From an uncultured virus (IMG/VR IMGVR_UViG_3300027769_000001) (Duplodnaviria; Heunggongvirae; Uroviricota; Caudoviricetes), in the IMG/VR virus record IMGVR_UViG_3300027769_000001: DNA of 20,000 nt; one strand, given 5' to 3'. Positions 16,837 through 20,000 of the stretch are shown in pieces. The stretch's first letter is position 1; every line of letters starts with the position of its first letter. A program made the position numbers and the translations under genes. The notes beneath the pieces were generated by a model, which did not search any database, was not told the origin of the DNA, and saw only the letters and a program-made list of their open reading frames with translations.

Positions 16837-19800
16837 ATGGCAATCCAGCATCTGCGCTCGAGCACGGCAAACAAGCGCCCAAATCCTGTTGCCATGTCTG
16901 ATGGCCAGGTAGCTGTCAACACGGCCAGCGCCAGTCCCGGCCTGTTCTTCAAGGATGCCAACGGCAACCTGATCAAGGTGGGTCCAGTGCATGTGGGCGC
17001 AACCGCTCCCAACGCCAATCCGGCCTCAGGCGGTACAGCCGGTAACAGTATCGGTGAACAGTGGTTGGATATCAGTGGTACCAATCCGGTGATGAGAATC
17101 TGGAGTGGTTCCGCTTGGGCTAGCGAAGCCGGAGAATTCGTCAACGCCAGCGGCGACACCATGACTGGTGCGCTGATCATGGCCAACCAGCAGCAAATCC
17201 GGTTCACCGAAGCCTCAGGCAACGGCACTAACTTCATCGCAGTTCAAGCGCCAGCGGCAGTCGCCTCAGATCGAACGCTGACGTTGCCCGATGTAACCGG
17301 CACGTTTGTGACCACCGGTGACACAGGCAGCGTCACGAGTGCGATGATCGCGAACGGAACGATCACAAACGACGACATCAGCGCATCTGCGGCCATCGTT
17401 GATACAAAACTAGCCACTATTAGTACGGCTAGCAAAGTCAGTAATAGTGCTACAACTGCGACAAACGCCAACACTCCTAGCGCCATTGTTGCCCGTGATG
17501 GCTCGGGCAACTTCACAGCTGGCACCATCACTGCCAGCTTGACAGGCACCGCCTCAGGCAACTTGCCCCTGACCGGCGGCACCCTCACGGGCGCCCTGGT
17601 TGGCACACAGGCTGAGTTCTCGGTCAACGCATCCGGCACCCTTAACGGCGAAGCTCTTGTTCAGAGACTCAGAAGCAATGCGGTAAGTAACGCTGTATTT
17701 CTCGACGTTAAATCTCGGCGTCACACCGCTGGAACTACTTGGGAAGGCGTCGGTATGCGCCTGCAGCATCAAGTTGATGTTACAGCAATGGCCTTTATTG
17801 AGTTCAACTCACTCAATGCTGGCCAAGATATAGCAATCGGCACAGGTGGTAACACTCGACTGCTTGTTGACTCCGCAGGCCGCGTCGGCATTGGCACTTC
17901 AACTGTTCAGGCAGGGCACACTCTGCAAGTAAATGGCATCATTGCTTCTGTAACATCATTCGGTGCATTTACTGCCCTTCAAGCTGCAGGCGGCACTGGC
18001 TTCCGTTGGGCTCTTGCAAACGATGGAACATTCCGCCTTCAAAGGACAACGGACGGTTTTACTGGGGTAAGTTCAACTCCAATAATGATTGACGCGTCCA
18101 GCCGCGTCGGCATCGGGACGACGGCACCAACGGAGGGCCTGCAGGTAGCCAACGGAAACGTCCTGATTGGCACTGGCTCATCTCTTGCTGGATACCGAAC
18201 TCTTTATTTTGGTGGCACCACTGCAACTGGAAGATTTGCTTACATCGAAAAAAACAACGACAGTCCCTTTGATTTCAACATTGTCGCCCAGACATCGCCA
18301 ACTCCAACATCTGCAATTAACTTCAAGACTACGCCCACCAGTACCGCAGCAACTATTGACTCCAGCGGCAGACTCTTAGTTGGAACCGGCAGCAGTATTT
18401 CTGAGCAATACTCTGGGCAAGCCCGAATCCAAACAGCAGGCACTGGCTATTACGGCTTATCCTCTTTTCAGTATTCAAATGATACTGTTGAAAATGTAGT
18501 TTCAATTTGTAAGTCCAGGGGTGCAACAGTCGGCACTCACGCTGTTGTTCAGGCCAATGATACCCTCGCCTCGCTTCGCCTACACGGCTCTGATGGTACG
18601 GGATTTTTAACAGCAGCCGTTATCAGTGTCCAGGTAGACGGCACTGCAGTTACAAACGCTGGTTCTTTTGTTGTTGGTCGTCGCTATAAAATTTTAACAG
18701 TTGGTGATACTAACTTTACTCTTATTGGGGCCTCGGCTAATACTGTTGGCGTTATCTTCGCTGCAACTGGAGTAGGCACCGGCACCGGCACCGCAACATC
18801 GGAGCCATACACCAACTCCATGCCAGGGCGCCTCATGTTCGCCACCACTGCCGATGGTGCGTCAAGCCCAACAGAGCGACTGCGTATTGATAGCACTGGG
18901 CAAATTGAAGCTAACGGTTTAGGTAGTGCCGCTGCCCCAACTTATAGCTGGCTTTCAGATCCAGACTCTGGACTGTACTCTCCAGGGGCAAACCAACTGG
19001 CGATCAGCACGGGTGGGTTGAGGCGGCTGTTTATTCAAAACAATGAATTCAGATTTGGGGCACCAGATAGTAATCCTGTGGTGTTTAATATCGGCAACGA
19101 AGCGACTGGAGATCGCTCTGTATATGCTGACCTAATTACCGACACAACTTATACAGATTTCGGGTTACGCTTGGGCAGGGAAGGAGGGGCAAATAGCACT
19201 TCATTTCTTTGGCATCGAGGTACTGGCGACTTTCTGTTTCTTGCCGGCGAAGCTGCACCTATTAAGTTTTCGACAAGTAATGTAGAGCGCCTCCGCATCG
19301 AATCAACCGGAGGATTCCGCGTCAAAGGTGCAGGCACTGCTGGCTCTACCGACGCATTCTTCATCAATGGCTCCGCACCTGCTAATAGCTTCCAGCTCGA
19401 CTCCAGCGGCAGGGTGCTGGTGGGGACGACTACAGCGCGTAACACTTATTTGGCTGCTGGCATTAGTGCTGGTATTAACGTTGAAGCAGCGGGAAATCTT
19501 GGTGCCAATAACAGATCAATTTCACTCGTCAACGGCTATTCGGTTAATACTGACGGCGATCCTTGTATTTATTTAGGACGCACCAGGTCCGATACAGTTG
19601 GCGGCACCACCATTGTGCAAAACAATGATGGACTTGGGCGAATTGCTTTTGTAGGTTCCGACGGAACCAACATGCCTGCGGGTGCTTGGATTCGCGGAGA
19701 AGTAGACGGCACCCCTGGCGTAGGCGACATGCCAGGCCGGCTAGTTTTCAGCACGACGGCTGATGGCGCTGCCAGCCCGACTGAGCGACTGCGCATTGAC

Positions 19801-20000
19801 AGTGCTGGGCAAATTGAAGCAGGTTCGCTGGGCACTGCTGCGGCACCAGTTTTAACATTCTTGGCAGATCCTAATACTGGCATCTACAGCCCTGGCGCAG
19901 ACCAACTGGCAGTAGCGACCAATGGGGTTCAGCGGCTGACGGTTGACACCGCAGCCACCACTTCAACCCTTCCCGTTCTCCACCCTCTTGGTGCTGTTGC
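16837..20000 (+). CDS. Long repeat-rich tail fibre (3'-truncated, >1054 aa; absent from the supplied ORF track)
   Basis: Translated by hand from the ATG at 16837 (MAIQHLRSSTANKRPNPVAMSDGQVAVN...) in frame +1 with no stop before 20000. Gly/Thr/Ser/Ala-rich, with repeated DSSGRVxxGT, ERLRIDSxG and MPGRLxFxTTADGAxSPTERLRID units. Confidence 0.92.
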   Translation, partial: MAIQHLRSSTANKRPNPVAMSDGQVAVNTASASPGLFFKDANGNLIKVGPVHVGATAPNANPASGGTAGNSIGEQWLDISGTNPVMRIWSGSAWASEAGEFVNASGDTMTGALIMANQQQIRFTEASGNGTNFIAVQAPAAVASDRTLTLPDVTGTFVTTGDTGSVTSAMIANGTITNDDISASAAIVDTKLATISTASKVSNSATTATNANTPSAIVARDGSGNFTAGTITASLTGTASGNLPLTGGTLTGALVGTQAEFSVNASGTLNGEALVQRLRSNAVSNAVFLDVKSRRHTAGTTWEGVGMRLQHQVDVTAMAFIEFNSLNAGQDIAIGTGGNTRLLVDSAGRVGIGTSTVQAGHTLQVNGIIASVTSFGAFTALQAAGGTGFRWALANDGTFRLQRTTDGFTGVSSTPIMIDASSRVGIGTTAPTEGLQVANGNVLIGTGSSLAGYRTLYFGGTTATGRFAYIEKNNDSPFDFNIVAQTSPTPTSAINFKTTPTSTAATIDSSGRLLVGTGSSISEQYSGQARIQTAGTGYYGLSSFQYSNDTVENVVSICKSRGATVGTHAVVQANDTLASLRLHGSDGTGFLTAAVISVQVDGTAVTNAGSFVVGRRYKILTVGDTNFTLIGASANTVGVIFAATGVGTGTGTATSEPYTNSMPGRLMFATTADGASSPTERLRIDSTGQIEANGLGSAAAPTYSWLSDPDSGLYSPGANQLAISTGGLRRLFIQNNEFRFGAPDSNPVVFNIGNEATGDRSVYADLITDTTYTDFGLRLGREGGANSTSFLWHRGTGDFLFLAGEAAPIKFSTSNVERLRIESTGGFRVKGAGTAGSTDAFFINGSAPANSFQLDSSGRVLVGTTTARNTYLAAGISAGINVEAAGNLGANNRSISLVNGYSVNTDGDPCIYLGRTRSDTVGGTTIVQNNDGLGRIAFVGSDGTNMPAGAWIRGEVDGTPGVGDMPGRLVFSTTADGAASPTERLRIDSAGQIEAGSLGTAAAPVLTFLADPNTGIYSPGADQLAVATNGVQRLTVDTAATTSTLPVLHPLGAV
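18358..19945 (+). repeat. Diverged internal duplication in the tail fibre (copy 1 ~18358-19035, copy 2 ~19399-19945)
   Basis: Both copies run DSSGR.LVGT...(K/R)(S/T)R..TVG....VQ.ND.L......GSDGT...VDGT...MPGRL.F.TTADGA.SPTERLRIDS.GQIEA..LG.AAAP.....DP..G.YSPGA.QLA..T.G..RL. Confidence 0.9.

Larger units (their letters stand above)
1..20000 (+). mobile_element. Phage/prophage tail morphogenesis and adsorption module (siphovirus-like, probably cyanophage)
   Basis: Eleven co-oriented, mostly abutting or overlapping ORFs (ATGA, TAATG, TGATG junctions) with tape measure, tail tip, tube-like and fibre motifs. No host housekeeping genes. Whether it is a free phage or an integrated prophage cannot be told from this window. 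Confidence 0.93.

Noticed and set aside
18775..18792. (GGCACC)3 as a phase-variation tract
   Set aside because: The unit is a multiple of three and has only three copies; it simply encodes GTGTGT within the inserted module.
18820..19820. Repeat pair at 18820 and 19729 as a diversity-generating retroelement TR/VR
   Set aside because: Differences are mostly synonymous and involve all four bases rather than only adenines, both copies are in frame within one CDS, and no reverse transcriptase is in the window.
316..19883. Numerous 60-170 aa minus-strand ORFs in the track
   Set aside because: All overlap long + strand structural genes and show no recognisable motifs; they are antisense shadows caused by codon bias.
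1..20000. Stop-codon recoding, introns/inteins, programmed frameshift, CRISPR array or tRNA
   Set aside because: Standard-code ORFs tile the window with only 2-56 bp gaps, and TAA, TGA and TAG are all used as stops. I saw no regularly spaced repeats, cloverleaf or intein motifs. The tail-chaperone frameshift site would lie upstream of this window.
1..20000. Apparent absence of the cyanobacterial HIP1 octamer GCGATCGC as a host clue
   Set aside because: Fewer than one copy is expected by chance in 20 kb and my scan was by eye, so its absence is uninformative.

Overview
The whole window is a densely packed, + strand virion tail morphogenesis module of a long-tailed (siphovirus-like) phage or prophage. 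The protein motifs suggest a cyanophage of picocyanobacteria (inference from recalled motifs, not a database result). Gene order: 5'-truncated tape measure protein (with an embedded divergent M23-like domain), gpL-like tip protein, NlpC/P60-fold gpK-like protein, gpI/J-like hub, Dit/gpM-like protein, two tail-tube-fold paralogs, a 1595-aa beta-helix tailspike-like protein, a small adaptor, a 312-aa fibre, and a >1054-aa repeat-rich tail fibre (16837 to the window end) that the ORF track missed because it has no stop codon in the window. The strongest non-coding signal is the motif CTAG[AC][CT]TGA-N3-4-ATA. I found it only at the three gene junctions that have a real spacer, and it looks like a phage-specific promoter, followed in each case by a short hairpin just before the start codon. 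I saw no tRNA, rRNA, CRISPR array, transposase, integrase or reverse transcriptase. I found no clear evidence of a wholly new system; the most novel-looking aspects are the tail-tip architecture, the modular adhesin system and the promoter motif.
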